Assembly (NCBI GenBank): GCA_012295275.1
Contig: CM022675.1
Location: forward strand, 15,438,001-15,502,000
DNA length: 64,000 nt
Direction: 5' to 3'
Origin: Chrysomallon squamiferum
Lineage: Eukaryota > Animalia > Mollusca
Each line of letters opens with the position of its first letter. Positions within the stretch are counted from its first letter, which is position 1. The notes below the pieces were generated by a model. It saw only the letters and a list, made by a program, of their open reading frames with translations. It did no database searches and had not been told where the DNA came from. The translations under genes and the position numbers were made by a program. Shown here piece after piece: positions 28,988 to 39,500 of this stretch.

Positions 28988-29471
28988 TTTTTTTCTTCTT
29001 TAAGACAAGTTTTCTAATCATATTATCTAAACATATTTTCACACCAATAATCCAGGAACAACAAATGGCCAGGATACAAATTCATAAGAATAATCCATGG
29101 AGTTACATTAAAATATATTTTATCTCATATATCATTCATTATTGAAGAAAACATATGACTGAGGACTCTAAACATTACAAAAAAATAAAGGTATTTGATA
29201 AATAGAATACCTTGTTTCATTATTACTAAGTTAATTTACAATATCGCTGAACAAGTATGTGAAGTCAAGGGTAACTATTATCCGTATCAATCTACTGTTT
29301 TATCTGTACAGTAAGTTTTATTCTACTGACTTCGAAGTTTACGTAGAGCCATTATAATGCCTTTCACTTTGGCAATATAAAATTTATTTAAAAAAACAAC
29401 AAAAAAATAAACTTACAGTCATATTCCTGATTTAAAGCTCCAGGTTTGTTGTAATAATTACTTTCTGTCAT
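2714..29471 (-). CDS. Multi-exon coiled-coil protein with repeated G(R/G)xGxGAP motifs, CSPP1-like (putative cilium/centrosome microtubule-binding protein); 3' end lies outside the window
   Basis: Fourteen GT-AG exons splice in phase without stops (1355 nt): 18562-18741, 15560-15680, 15332-15446, 13789-13851, 13448-13528, 12431-12469, 10678-10873, 9873-9946, 9061-9121, 8098-8120, 7501-7618, 6261-6421, 4924-4984, 2714-2775. Exons 21556-21579 and 25075-25150 also fit the phase upstream. Candidate first exon is 29417-29471, but the exon(s) linking it to 25150 are unresolved. Motifs FGGGAPK, LGRPGNGAP, RGGAGAP and PFGRPGCGAP recall the CSPP1 PWGKGGGGAP motif (recalled, not searched). Confidence 0.8.
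3107..3530. repeat. Intronic minisatellite, ~36-bp unit (GGTAAGTATTCCCTGTTACTCTGTACCGATTGTATG), about 12 copies
   Basis: Tandem repetition; the ORF 3036-3536 (GKYSLLLCTDCM)n is its translation. Confidence 0.93.
4924..4984 (-). CDS. Exon of the CSPP1-like gene: VSSADIRRRQKAAQELLKEL
   Basis: aacag/gtgagt splice sites, phase 0 to 1. Confidence 0.85.
5142..6034 (-). mobile_element. Internally deleted hAT (Buster/Charlie-type) DNA transposon with a BED-finger transposase N-terminal remnant
   Basis: Terminal inverted repeats CAGGGGTCCCCCAA / TTGGAGACCCCTG; 8-bp TSD GTTTAGAT (5134-5141) / GTTTAAAT (6035-6042); minus-strand MSVANAKKKCKQYSQEYLKFGFIP..CMLCEKTLSNESMKPAKMKGH is typical of Buster/SCAND3-like transposases. 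Confidence 0.88.
6261..6421 (-). CDS. Exon of the CSPP1-like gene containing EDYYPFGRPGCGAPITDNKG
   Basis: ttgcag/gtgatt splice sites, phase 1 to 0. Confidence 0.85.
7501..7618 (-). CDS. Exon of the CSPP1-like gene containing RGGAGAPQIDESG
   Basis: ttacag/gtatgt splice sites, phase 0 to 1. Confidence 0.85.
8098..8120 (-). CDS. 23-nt micro-exon of the CSPP1-like gene: (D)SIAKKRE
   Basis: ttttcag/gtatgt splice sites; needed to restore phase between 9061 and 7618. Confidence 0.75.
9061..9121 (-). CDS. Exon of the CSPP1-like gene: LKKSEDFGKLEVGKSQNAES
   Basis: AG/gtgaaa splice sites, phase 0 to 1. Confidence 0.75.
9873..9946 (-). CDS. Coiled-coil exon of the CSPP1-like gene: (Q)LQTEQKQLEVQTARIKELRQELEL
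   Basis: atgcag/gtgaga splice sites, phase 1 to 0. Confidence 0.85.
10678..10873 (-). CDS. Exon of the CSPP1-like gene containing LGRPGNGAPLVTETG...ENRLRYRP
   Basis: atgcag/gtaagt splice sites, phase 0 to 1; matches ORF 10652-10885. Confidence 0.88.
12431..12469 (-). CDS. Exon of the CSPP1-like gene: LPVKLMDGSQLGK (symmetric phase 0, skippable)
   Basis: gatag/gtaaca splice sites, open frame. Confidence 0.6.
13448..13528 (-). CDS. Exon of the CSPP1-like gene: GDGDNRKRKFTEQDVTPRGEPRYRDPM
   Basis: ttcacag/gtaaga splice sites, phase 0 to 0. Confidence 0.85.
13789..13851 (-). CDS. Exon of the CSPP1-like gene: DFEMLKGFDMLDKKFGGGAPK
   Basis: ttttag/gtaagt splice sites, phase 0 to 0. Confidence 0.85.
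15332..15446 (-). CDS. Coiled-coil exon of the CSPP1-like gene: SAEIRKIQEQRVIVEKDIQQYKEEQRKKKLRELEEKKQ
   Basis: tttag/gtaaga splice sites, phase 2 to 0. Confidence 0.88.
15560..15680 (-). CDS. Exon of the CSPP1-like gene: (V)KPSRSTEDYQ...RGMPLGERR
   Basis: ttgcag/gtaaga splice sites, phase 1 to 2. Confidence 0.88.
16620..16760 (-). mobile_element. Degenerate tRNA-headed SINE remnant
   Basis: Minus strand begins with an A-box-like GTAGCTCAGAGGTAAAG; the body is degenerate. Confidence 0.3.
18562..18741 (-). CDS. Exon of the CSPP1-like gene: (A)QPDFLHSPVVTDRCAYYHDFRYKGYPDNSFLRPRQ...SLFSP
   Basis: caccag/gtaaa splice sites, 180 nt open, phase 1 to 1. Confidence 0.82.
20640..20830. repeat. Minisatellite, ~30-bp unit (TTTTCATCAACAATCTCACAAACTGCTGTT), about 6 copies
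   Basis: Tandem repetition; explains the ORFs 20604-20843 and 20634-20840. Confidence 0.9.
21556..21579 (-). CDS. 24-nt micro-exon of the CSPP1-like gene: (D)SVAYSEN
   Basis: Strong tttttgcag acceptor and gtaaa donor, phase 1 to 1. Confidence 0.6.
22227..22966. mobile_element. Non-autonomous MULE/foldback-type element with long (~230-bp) TIRs
   Basis: 10-bp direct repeat TGTCTCTGCA on both sides (22217-22226 and 22967-22976); subterminal GGAAAAAATGGCAC tandem motifs inverted at the two ends; 22335-22450 is the reverse complement of ~22729-22843. Confidence 0.85.
23330..24026 (-). mobile_element. Internally deleted Tigger/pogo (Tc1-mariner superfamily) element with a CENP-B-type HTH remnant
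   Basis: TIRs CAGTGGTACCTTGACTTACGAG / CTCGTAACTTGAGGTACCACTG; minus-strand MDPKKVNAKDNREKKKSMMSIAL.. and ICTILKQKESIKAVCPAKGLKITSKLRTSVHEEME, frameshifted, TIGD1-like. Confidence 0.88.
25075..25150 (-). CDS. Probable exon of the CSPP1-like gene: TYGDFIVRRLWEEYKSPHNQHIQHL
   Basis: gtccag/gtaac splice sites, phase 0 to 1, compatible with the downstream exons. Confidence 0.6.
29417..29471 (-). CDS. Candidate first coding exon of the CSPP1-like gene: MTESNYYNKPGALNQEYD
   Basis: ATG at 29471, gtaagt donor, adjacent to a CpG-rich promoter-like region. Confidence 0.55.
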
Positions 29472-29620
29472 TTCACACTAAGACTGAAAACTAGAGAGTA
29501 ATATTTCACTGTGGGTGTAACGTACTGTACCGTCTAGAAGTTTACAAAACTTGTTTATACTAGGTGACGTGCAACCGGACGTGAACTTGTGTGTGTTGTG
29601 GTAATTGTCATGACAGTGGG
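29472..29620. promoter_or_regulatory. Probable bidirectional promoter
   Basis: Local rise in CpG after ~27 kb of CpG-poor intron; GTGACGT (CRE-like), CCGGA and the palindrome TGTCATGACA (weakly X-box-like); divergent ATG-plus-donor exons on both sides. Confidence 0.45.
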
Positions 29621-30620
29621 TAAAATGTAAAGAGATATCTGCGTAGTCAGTAATGTAGTGGGTTTTATTTATAACGACAAAATATTCTATTCAAATCAGA
29701 TTAAAATGTTTTAGTGTAATGTATAGTGTAAATTTAGAATTAAATCGGAAGAATTAATAATTAATAAAAGAACCCACGATTATACTGAAATAAAGCAAGC
29801 GAACGAATCCAGCAGTGAAATCAGCATAGTTTATTCGTCAGGTCTTTCAAACAAATAGCTCCCCGTTTGAATAATCTGATTAAATGTTTTTAATTTGATT
29901 AAATGCATTCATTTTTCATGACGAAGGCCGACTGACTACATGTTTTCTGGTTTAACAATATGTTGAGTTGTGTGTATTTATTACATTTTAATCACATAAA
30001 GCTGTAAAGCTTGGAATTCCCTTTGCGATGATACCGAGGTGATACGAATATGTTGAATATTAAGGAAGTAGCAATAATTTCAAATCCCGTAATAAGTGCT
30101 TTTCGTCCAATTAAGCTCTATTTAATACAGGTTTGTGACCAAAAACTTATACATTTTAACATTTTCTCCTTTATCTTTGTTAATAATCAAGTTTTCTTCA
30201 TGACATTTTCAGTGAAGACAGATACCAGTCTCAGGTTTTTTTTTTTTTAATTATTATTTTTTTTATTTAAACTTGTACAAATGAAAAAGAACTGACTGAC
30301 TAACATTGTTTTGTTAAATATAATTAGGAGATAATTACTTAAAACAGCAGAACTGCAAGCAATCAAGAAATCAATGAGGCCACCTACTGACACAGGCTTG
30401 ATGACAATATTCCAATTCTGTTGAATGAAGGTGTTTTACTGGTACTTAAAATATAAACAGATTTTGTTTTATAATTTATTTTAATTTTTTTTTTTTTTTT
30501 TTTTTTAATTATGTGATTAAAAAGATCAGATCAGCAGTAAATAGTAAATAAATATAAGTATAGAAAAGGAACCATGATTACATACATATATATATATATA
30601 TATGTATGTATGTATATATA

Positions 30621-30675
<55 letters not shown>

Positions 30676-31671
30676 ATTATTAATCTTTTTTTTACAGGCA
30701 AATACTCAGCTAAAATTAGAATGGAATAATAACTTTTTTTCTCCAAAAAAGAACAAAACCCCTAAAACAAACATAAATAAACATAAAATTTAAAAAAACA
30801 AAAACAACAACATATATTCAGGGCATTCCATTAATATTTTGTCATTTAATTTGTACAAGCTTAACCCTGTTTCAGCTGCCAGAACTATTACTTTTGGTTG
30901 TCCATTGAAGCAAATTAAATTAAAGTAAGCAAGAATTAAAAAGAAAACTCACTAAAAGCAGGTAAATATATTTTTTCTGTTGTACTTATTTGTAATTTTA
31001 TACATACATTTTGTTGTATATTTTTTATTATATTTTGAAATTATTATTTAATTACACAAGTTCAGAAGTTCAGAAAATCAATATAAATAAATAAATAAAT
31101 AATATTTTCCCAAAATAATAATAATAATAATAATAATAAAAAATAACAATAAATAAAAATGATTAAGTAAATATAATAATAAATTAATAAAAACTATCTC
31201 CCCCTAAAAAAATAAATATACTTGTTTTTTAAAACAGTATTTATTAAGGTAATTATTTATTTATGGGTAAATGAAAGGTAACACTGAAGTGAAAAAACTA
31301 AAATTATATTTCTGGATTAATCAGATTATTTTAAAATAACTTATCCTTTACTTTTTTTTTAACATTTTAACAGCCATTTAAATTAAAATACAAATCATCC
31401 GTGTCTATTAAAATTTAAATTAAAAATTAAGTTGTATCATGGATTTCAGCCATATTAAAAGAATGTTAAGTTTGCACTCTGTTTGTAGTGGGTTTTTTGT
31501 GAATATTAAAATATAGTCTGCCGTGAAAGAGCAATTTGATGTTCCACCTGATAGAAACATCCTGGATTTTCAATATTTGAAAATTAATAACCTGCTTTCA
31601 TGAACTGCCATACTGAACTCAAACTAGTTTTCTTTGTCCTTTTCAGTCATTATGCTGCAACTGAAGCTGAT
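29610..31671 (+). CDS. Tentative 5' micro-exons of an unknown plus-strand gene (MTVVKTDTSLRLDDNIPILLNEAARTITFGCPLKQIKLNHYAATEAD...)
   Basis: Phase-compatible GT-AG exons 29610-29619, 30213-30234, 30396-30430, 30876-30924, 31647-31671. No homology recognised, and such short exons can arise by chance. Confidence 0.3.
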
Positions 31672-31814
31672 GTAAGTATAAACAGGGTGTGCAGTTTAGA
31701 TAGCTTGTATTATTGTCATCACAATAAATTAAAATTTATTCATAATAAAGTTTAATTAATAGCCAAATCTTCATCAGAGAAGATTAATAAATATATTTTC
31801 AATTTGTGTTTGTT

Positions 31815-32404
31815 TCTTACGATGGAGAACTGTCTGGTTTAGTGATGAGCCTCGATTTTTGCTTCGTCGAGCTGATGGAAGATGGACTAGTTTACAGACG
31901 TTGTGGTGAACGTTTTGCTGCAAACTGCATACAGGAAGCTGACAGATTTGGCAGTGGTAGTGTGATGGTGTGGGCAGCAATCTCACACACTGGCAGGACC
32001 AACCTGGTTCACATCCAAGGCAACTTAACAGCACAGAGATACTGAGATGAAATGTTGCAGCCACATGTTGCTCCAATTATGAATAATGGTAACTCTGTAT
32101 TCCAGAACGACAATGTGAGACCACATACAGCCAGACTCACAACAGCATACCTACACAACAATAACATTCAGGTCCTGCCCTGGCTCTCTAAATGTCCGGA
32201 TTTGAACCCTATAAAGCATTTATGGGACGAGTTGGATAGACGACTGAGGCAGCATCAACCACTGCCACAGAATCGTGCTCAGTTGGCGATATTACTACAG
32301 AGTGGGCCACCATTCCACAAGGAGTAATTCATAATGTCATTACTGCCATGGGAAGGAGATGTCAGGCAGTTCTGGACTCCCATGGTGGGCACACAAGGTA
32401 TTGA
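31815..32404 (+). mobile_element. Decayed Tc1-like transposase, DDE catalytic half, 5'-truncated
   Basis: FSDEPRFC..., GSVMVWAAIS, LTAQRY*DEMLQP, FQNDNVRPH, WLSKCPDLNPIKHLWDEL, ...GGHTRY* with an in-frame stop and frameshifts. Confidence 0.92.
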
Positions 32405-32639
32405 TATTATACTTTTAGTCCGGTGGCAGGGACCGATAAGCGTGTATTGCAGTCCGTACAAAGTTTTGTTGCTGTTTCTATACCTCCGAGATGTGCTCTT
32501 TAAGAATCTGAATAATGCCACTCTGTCATCCTTGGGCAATCCGCACAATATGCAAATTAAGGCCGCCATTACTGAAAATCTTGTTTTCGTCAGTATCTCA
32601 GTAACTATGCATGGTATCAAAATAATTTTGGTGTTTATT

Positions 32640-33550
32640 CAATGCTGTGAACAACAACAATTGTTCTTCGTAACAGACATGGCTTCGAGATATAAGGCAA
32701 TAGATATCTTCAATGCCACAGTCGACGCTGAGGCTTGGGATCTTAAACACTACTGTCTCCTGCAATCGTCTTTTGTAAATGTGGTTAACTGTGTCAGACA
32801 CAAATAACTAGTTGGAATCGTTCTGTTGTTGAAGCTCTTCTCTTGAACGTGTTACGCACTGACTGTTAGACGCTGCACAGCACACAATTGTCTTTGGAGA
32901 CTAATTCCCGCCCAATATAGTTTCATGTCTTCTCAGAAACACACACATGCAATCGTGCTCACAATCAAATTTAGGAGATTACTCACAGACATGTTGTTAC
33001 CTGCCTGTGTACACGGCAGTGTCAGCAGGAAATACTGTTGCTCGTAAAAGACATTGATTCGAGATATAAGGCAACAGAAGCGTTCATTGCCACAATGGAC
33101 GTTAAGGCTTGTGATCTTACACATTATTGTCTCCTACAATCATCTTTCGTAAATGTGGGTCTCTGGGTCAGATACGTATAACCAGTTGAAATCGTTCTGT
33201 TTTTGAAGCTGTTCTCTCTATCGTGTTACGCACTGACTCTAAGACGCTGCACAGCGCACAATCGTCTTCGGAGAGTAATTCCCGCCGAATGTAGTTTCGT
33301 GTCTTCTCGCTCTCAGAAACACACATACGAAATCGTGCTCACAATCAAATTTAGGTGACTACACACACACACGTCGTTAGCTGCCTGTATACACGGCGCT
33401 CGCAACAGAAACAATTGTTGCTGGTAAAAGAAATGGATTGGAGAAATAATGCAACTGATGCCTTCACTGCCACAAGGGAACCTGCGGCTAGCGATCATAC
33501 ACACCACTACCTCCTGCAATCATCTTCTGTAAATGTGGGTAACTGTAACC
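32640..33550. repeat. About 2.5 diverged tandem copies of a ~375-bp unit flanking the satellite array
   Basis: GAGATATAAGGCAA recurs at ~32687 and 33061, with a variant at 33441; CAATCAAATTTAGG and GTAAATGTGG blocks recur with the same period. Confidence 0.85.
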
Positions 33551-36500
33551 CACACACGCAGAACCTCTCTTAAACGAGCTTTAACAGTCAGCGCTTAATA
33601 CAGTGGAAACAACTGCTTCGTAACAGAACGCATTCAGACGTGTCTGGTGTGTCTACGTACACTTGAAATTTACGTACTGGGAGTGTCTTCGAAGCCGGAG
33701 AAGAAATTAGTTTTCTTCCTACCTGCATATCTGTTTCCTTTCTCCTAGACTGTACCACGTCCTTTATATCATCCGAATTGGTGTTTCCTCAGAAAACACA
33801 CATAAGCACCACTAGTTTTCAACGAGATTTAAAGGTTTACTGTTTACGCCGTAGAGAGAACTGCTTGACAACAGAACGCATTCAATGCTGATAGCTACGT
33901 CTACATACGATTCAAAGTTACATAGTACGAGAAGTTGAGAAGTTGGAGAAAAGTTCATTTTCCCGCTCAGCGCGTACTAGTCATTAAACACTACGCACAC
34001 TCTTTGCTTTAAAAACTCTCTCTAGTACCATTGTAATGACTTTACCGTTCTCTTAATGTCTCAGAAATACTGCTCGGCCATCTCCCTTATCTCTGTATTA
34101 CACGAAACACAAACACGCAGAACCTCTCTTAAACGAGGTTTAACAGTCAGCGCGTAATCCAGTGCAAAGAACTGCTTCATAACAGAACGCATTCCGACGT
34201 GTCTGGTGTGTCTACGTACACTTGAAATTTACGTACTGGGAGTGTCTTCGAAGCCGGAGAAGAAATTAGTTTTCTTCCTACCTGCATATCTGTTTCCTTT
34301 CTCGTAGACTGTACCACGTCGCTTCTATCATCCATATTGGTGTTTCCTCAGAAAACAAACACACTCACCACAAGTTTTCAACGAGATTTAAATGTTTACT
34401 GTTTACGCCGTAGAGAGAACTGCTTGACAACAGAACGCATTCAATGCTGATAGCTACGTCTACATACGATTCAAAGGTTACATAGTACGAGAAGTTGAGA
34501 AGTTGGAGAAAAATTCATTTTCCCGCTCAGCGCGTACTAGTCATTAAACAGTACGCACACTCTTTTCTTTGACAAATCTCTCTAGTACCATTGTAATGAC
34601 TTTACCGTTCTCTTAGTGTCTCAGAAATACCGCTCGGCCATGTCCCTTATCTCTGCATTACACTAAACACACACACGCAGAACCTCTCTTAAACGAGGTT
34701 TAACAGTCAGCGCGTAATCCAGTTCAAAGAACTGCTTCGTAACAGAACGCATTCCGACGTGTCTGCTGTGTCTTCGTACACTTGAAATTTACGTACTGGG
34801 AGTGTCTTCGAAGCCGGAGAAGAAATTAGTTTTCTTCCTACCTGCATATCTGTTTCCTTTCTCCTAGACTGTACCACGTCCCTTATATCATCCGAATTGG
34901 TGTTTCCTCAGAAAACACACATACGCACCACTAGTTTTCAACGAGATTTAAAGGTTTACTGTTTACGCCGTAGAGAGAACTGCTTGACAACAGAACGCAT
35001 TCAATGCTGATAGCTACGTCTACATACGATTCAAAGTTACATAGTACGAGAAGTTGACAAGTTGGAGAAAAGTTCATTTTCCCGCTCAGCGCGTACTAGT
35101 CATTAAACACTACGCACACTCTTTGCTTTCACAACTCTCTCTAGTACCATTGTAATGACTTTACCGTTCTCTTAGTGTCTCAGAAATACCGGTCGGCCAT
35201 GTCCCTTATCTCTGTATTACACTAAACACACACACGCAGAACCTCTCTTAAACGAGGTTTAACAGTCAGCGCGTAATACAGTGTAAAGAACTGCTTCATA
35301 ACAGAACGCATTCCGACGTGTCTGGTGTGTCTACGTACACTTGAAATTTACGTACTGGGAGTGTCTTCGAAGCCGGAGAAGAAATTAGTTTTCTTCCTAC
35401 CTGCATATCTGTTTCCTTTCTCCTAGACTGTACCACGTCCCTTATATCATCCGAATTGGTGTTTCCTCAGAAAACACACATACGCACCAATAGTTTTCAA
35501 CGAGATTTAAAGGTTTACTGTTTACGCCGTAGAGAGAACTGCTTGACAACAGAACGCATTCAATGCTGATAGCTACGTCTACATACGATTCAAAGTTACA
35601 TAGTACGAGAAGTTGAGAAGCTGGAGAAGAATTCATTTTCCCGCTCAGCGCGTACTAGTCATTAAACACTACGCACACTCTTTGCTTTCACAACTCTCTC
35701 TAGTACCATTGTAATGACTTTACCGTTCTCTTAGTGTCTCAGAAATACCGCTCGGCCATGTCCCTTATCTCTGTATTACACTAAACACACACACGCAGAA
35801 CCTCTCTTAAACGAGGTTTAACAGTCAGCGCGTAATCCAGTTCAAAGAACTGCTTCATAACAGAACGCATTCCGACGTGTCTGCTGTGTCTTCGTACACT
35901 TGAAATTTACGTACTGGGAGTGTCTTCGAAGCCGGAGAAGAAATTAGTTTTCTTCCTACCTGCATATCTGTTTCCTTTCTCCTAGACTGTACCACGTCCC
36001 TTATATCATCCGAATTGGTGTTTCCTCAGAAAACACACATACGCACCACTAGTTTTCAACGAGATTTAAAGGTTTACTGTTTACGCCGTAGAGAGAACTG
36101 CTTGACAACAGAACGCATTCAATGCTGATAGCTACGTCTACATACGATTCAAAGTTACATAGTACGAGAAGTTGACAAGTTGGAGAAAAGTTCATTTTCC
36201 CGCTCAGCGCGTACTAGTCATTAAACACTACGCACACTCTTTGCTTTCACAACTCTCTCTAGTACCATTGTAATGACTTTACCGTTCTCTTAGTGTCTCA
36301 GAAATACCGGTCGGCCATGTCCCTTATCTCTGTATTACACTAAACACACACACGCAGAACCTCTCTTAAACGAGGTTTAACAGTCAGCGCGTAATACAGT
36401 GTAAAGAACTGCTTCATAACAGAACGCATTCCGACGTGTCTGGTGTGTCTACGTACACTTGAAATTTACGTACTGGGAGTGTCTTCGAAGCCGGAGAAGA

Positions 36501-39500
36501 AATTAGTTTTCTTCCTACCTGCATATCTGTTTCCTTTCTCCTAGACTGTACCACGTCCCTTATATCATCCGAATTGGTGTTTCCTCAGAAAACACACATA
36601 CGCACCACTAGTTTTCAACGAGATTTAAAGGTTTACTGTTTACGCCGTAGAGAGAACTGCTTGACAACAGAACGCATTCAATGCTGATAGCTACGTCTAC
36701 ATACGATTCAAAGTTACATAGTACGAGAAGTTGACAAGTTGGAGAAAAGTTCATTTTCCCGCTCAGAGAGTACTAGTCATTAAACAGTACGCACACTCTT
36801 TTGTTTGACAAATCTCTCTAGTACCATTGTAATGACTTTACCGTTCTCTTAGTGACTCAGAAATACCGCTCGGCCATGTCCCTTATCTCTGTATTACACT
36901 AAACACACACACGCAGAACCTCTCTTAAACGAGGTTTAACAGTCAGCGCGTAATCCAGTTCAAAGAACTGCTTCGTAACAGAACGCATTCCGACGTGTCT
37001 GCTGTGTCTTCGTACACTTGAAATTTACGTACTGGGAGTGTCTTCGAAGCCGGAGAAGAAATTAGTTTTCTTCCTACCTGCATATCTGTTTCCTTTCTCC
37101 TAGACTGTACCACGTCCCTTATATCATCCGAATTGGTGTTTCCTCAGAAAACACACATACGCACCACTAGTTTTCAACGAGATTTAAAGGTTTACTGTTT
37201 ACGCCGTAGAGAGAACTGCTTGACAACAGAACGCATTCAATGCTGATAGCTACGTCTACATACGATTCAAAGTTACATAGTACGAGAAGTTGACAAGTTG
37301 GAGAAAAGTTCATTTTCCCGCTCAGCGCGTACTAGTCATTAAACACTACGCACACTCTTTGCTTTCACAACTCTCTCTAGTACCATTGTAATGACTTTAC
37401 CGTTCTCTTAGTGTCTCAGAAATACCGGTCGGCCATGTCCCTTATCTCTGTATTACACTAAACACACACACGCAGAACCTCTCTTAAACGAGGTTTAACA
37501 GTCAGCGCGTAATCCAGTTCAAAGAACTGCTTCATAACAGAACGCATTCCGACGTGTCTGGTGTGTCTACGTACACTTGAAATTTACGTACTGGGAGTGT
37601 CTTCGAAGCCGGAGAAGAAATTAGTTTTCTTCCTACCTGCATATCTGTTTCCTTTCTCCTAGACTGTACCACGTCCCTTATATCATCCGAATTGGTGTTT
37701 CCTCAGAAAACACACATACGCACCACTAGTTTTCAACGAGATTTAAAGGTTTACTGTTTACGCCGTAGAGAGAACTGCTTGACAACAGAACGCATTCAAT
37801 GCTGATAGCTACGTCTACATACGATTCAAAGTTACATAGTACGAGAAGTTGACAAGTTGGAGAAAAATTCATTTTTCCCGCTCAGCGCGTACTAGTCATT
37901 AAACAGTACGCACACTCTTTTGTTTGACAAATCTCTCTAGTACCATTGTAATGACTTTACCGTTCTCTTAGTGTCTCAGAAATACCGGTCGGCCATGTCC
38001 CTTATCTCTGTATTACACTAAACACACACACGCAGAACCTCTCTTAAACGAGGTTTAACAGTCAGCGCGTAATACAGTGTAAAGAACTGCTTCATAACAG
38101 AACGCATTCCGACGTGTCTGGTGTGTCTACGTACACTTGAAATTTACGTACTGGGAGTGTCTTCGAAGCCGGAGAAGAAATTAGTTTTCTTCCTACCTGC
38201 ATATCTGTTTCCTTTCTCCTAGACTGTACCACGTCCCTTATATCATCCGAATTGGTGTTTCCTCAGAAAACACACATACGCACCACTAGTTTTCAACGAG
38301 ATTTAAAGGTTTACTGTTTACGCCGTAGAGAGAACTGCTTGACAACAGAACGCATTCAATGCTGATAGCTACGTCTACATACGATTCAAAGTTACATAGT
38401 ACGAGAAGTTGACAAGTTGGAGAAAAGTTCATTTTCCCGCTCAGCGCGTACTAGTCATTAAACACTACGCACACTCTTTGCTTTCACAACTCTCTCTAGT
38501 ACCATTGTAATGACTTTACCGTTCTCTTAGTGTCTCAGAAATACCGGTCGGCCATGTCCCTTATCTCTGTATTACACTAAACACACACACGCAGAACCTC
38601 TCTTAAACGAGGTTTAACAGTCAGCGCGTAATACAGTGTAAAGAACTGCTTCATAACAGAACGCATTCCGACGTGTCTGGTGTGTCTACGTACACTTGAA
38701 ATTTACGTACTGGGAGTGTCTTCGAAGCCGGAGAAGAAATTAGTTTTCTTCCTACCTGCATATCTGTTTCCTTTCTCCTAGACTGTACCACGTCCCTTAT
38801 ATCATCCGAATTGGTGTTTCCTCAGAAAACACACATACGCACCACTAGTTTTCAACGAGATTTAAAGGTTTACTGTTTACGCCGTAGAGAGAACTGCTTG
38901 ACAACAGAACGCATTCAATGCTGATAGCTACGTCTACATACGATTCAAAGTTACATAGTACGAGAAGTTGACAAGTTGGAGAAAAATTCATTTTTCCGCT
39001 CAGAGAGTACTAGTCATTAAACACTACGCACACTCTTTGCTTTCACAACTCTCTCTAGTACCATTGTAATGACTTTACCGTTCTCTTAGTGTCTCAGAAA
39101 TACCGGTCGGCCATGTCCCTTATCTCTGTATTACACTAAACACACACACGCAGAACCTCTCTTAAACGAGGTTTAACAGTCAGCGCGTAATACAGTGTAA
39201 AGAACTGCTTCATAACAGAACGCATTCCGACGTGTCTGGTGTGTCTACGTACACTTGAAATTTACGTACTGGGAGTGTCTTCGAAGCCGGAGAAGAAATT
39301 AGTTTTCTTCCTACCTGCATATCTGTTTCCTTTCTCCTAGACTGTACCACGTCCCTTATATCATCCGAATTGGTGTTTCCTCAGAAAACACACATACGCA
39401 CCACTAGTTTTCAACGAGATTTAAAGGTTTACTGTTTACGCCGTAGAGAGAACTGCTTGACAACAGAACGCATTCAATGCTGATAGCTACGTCTACATAC

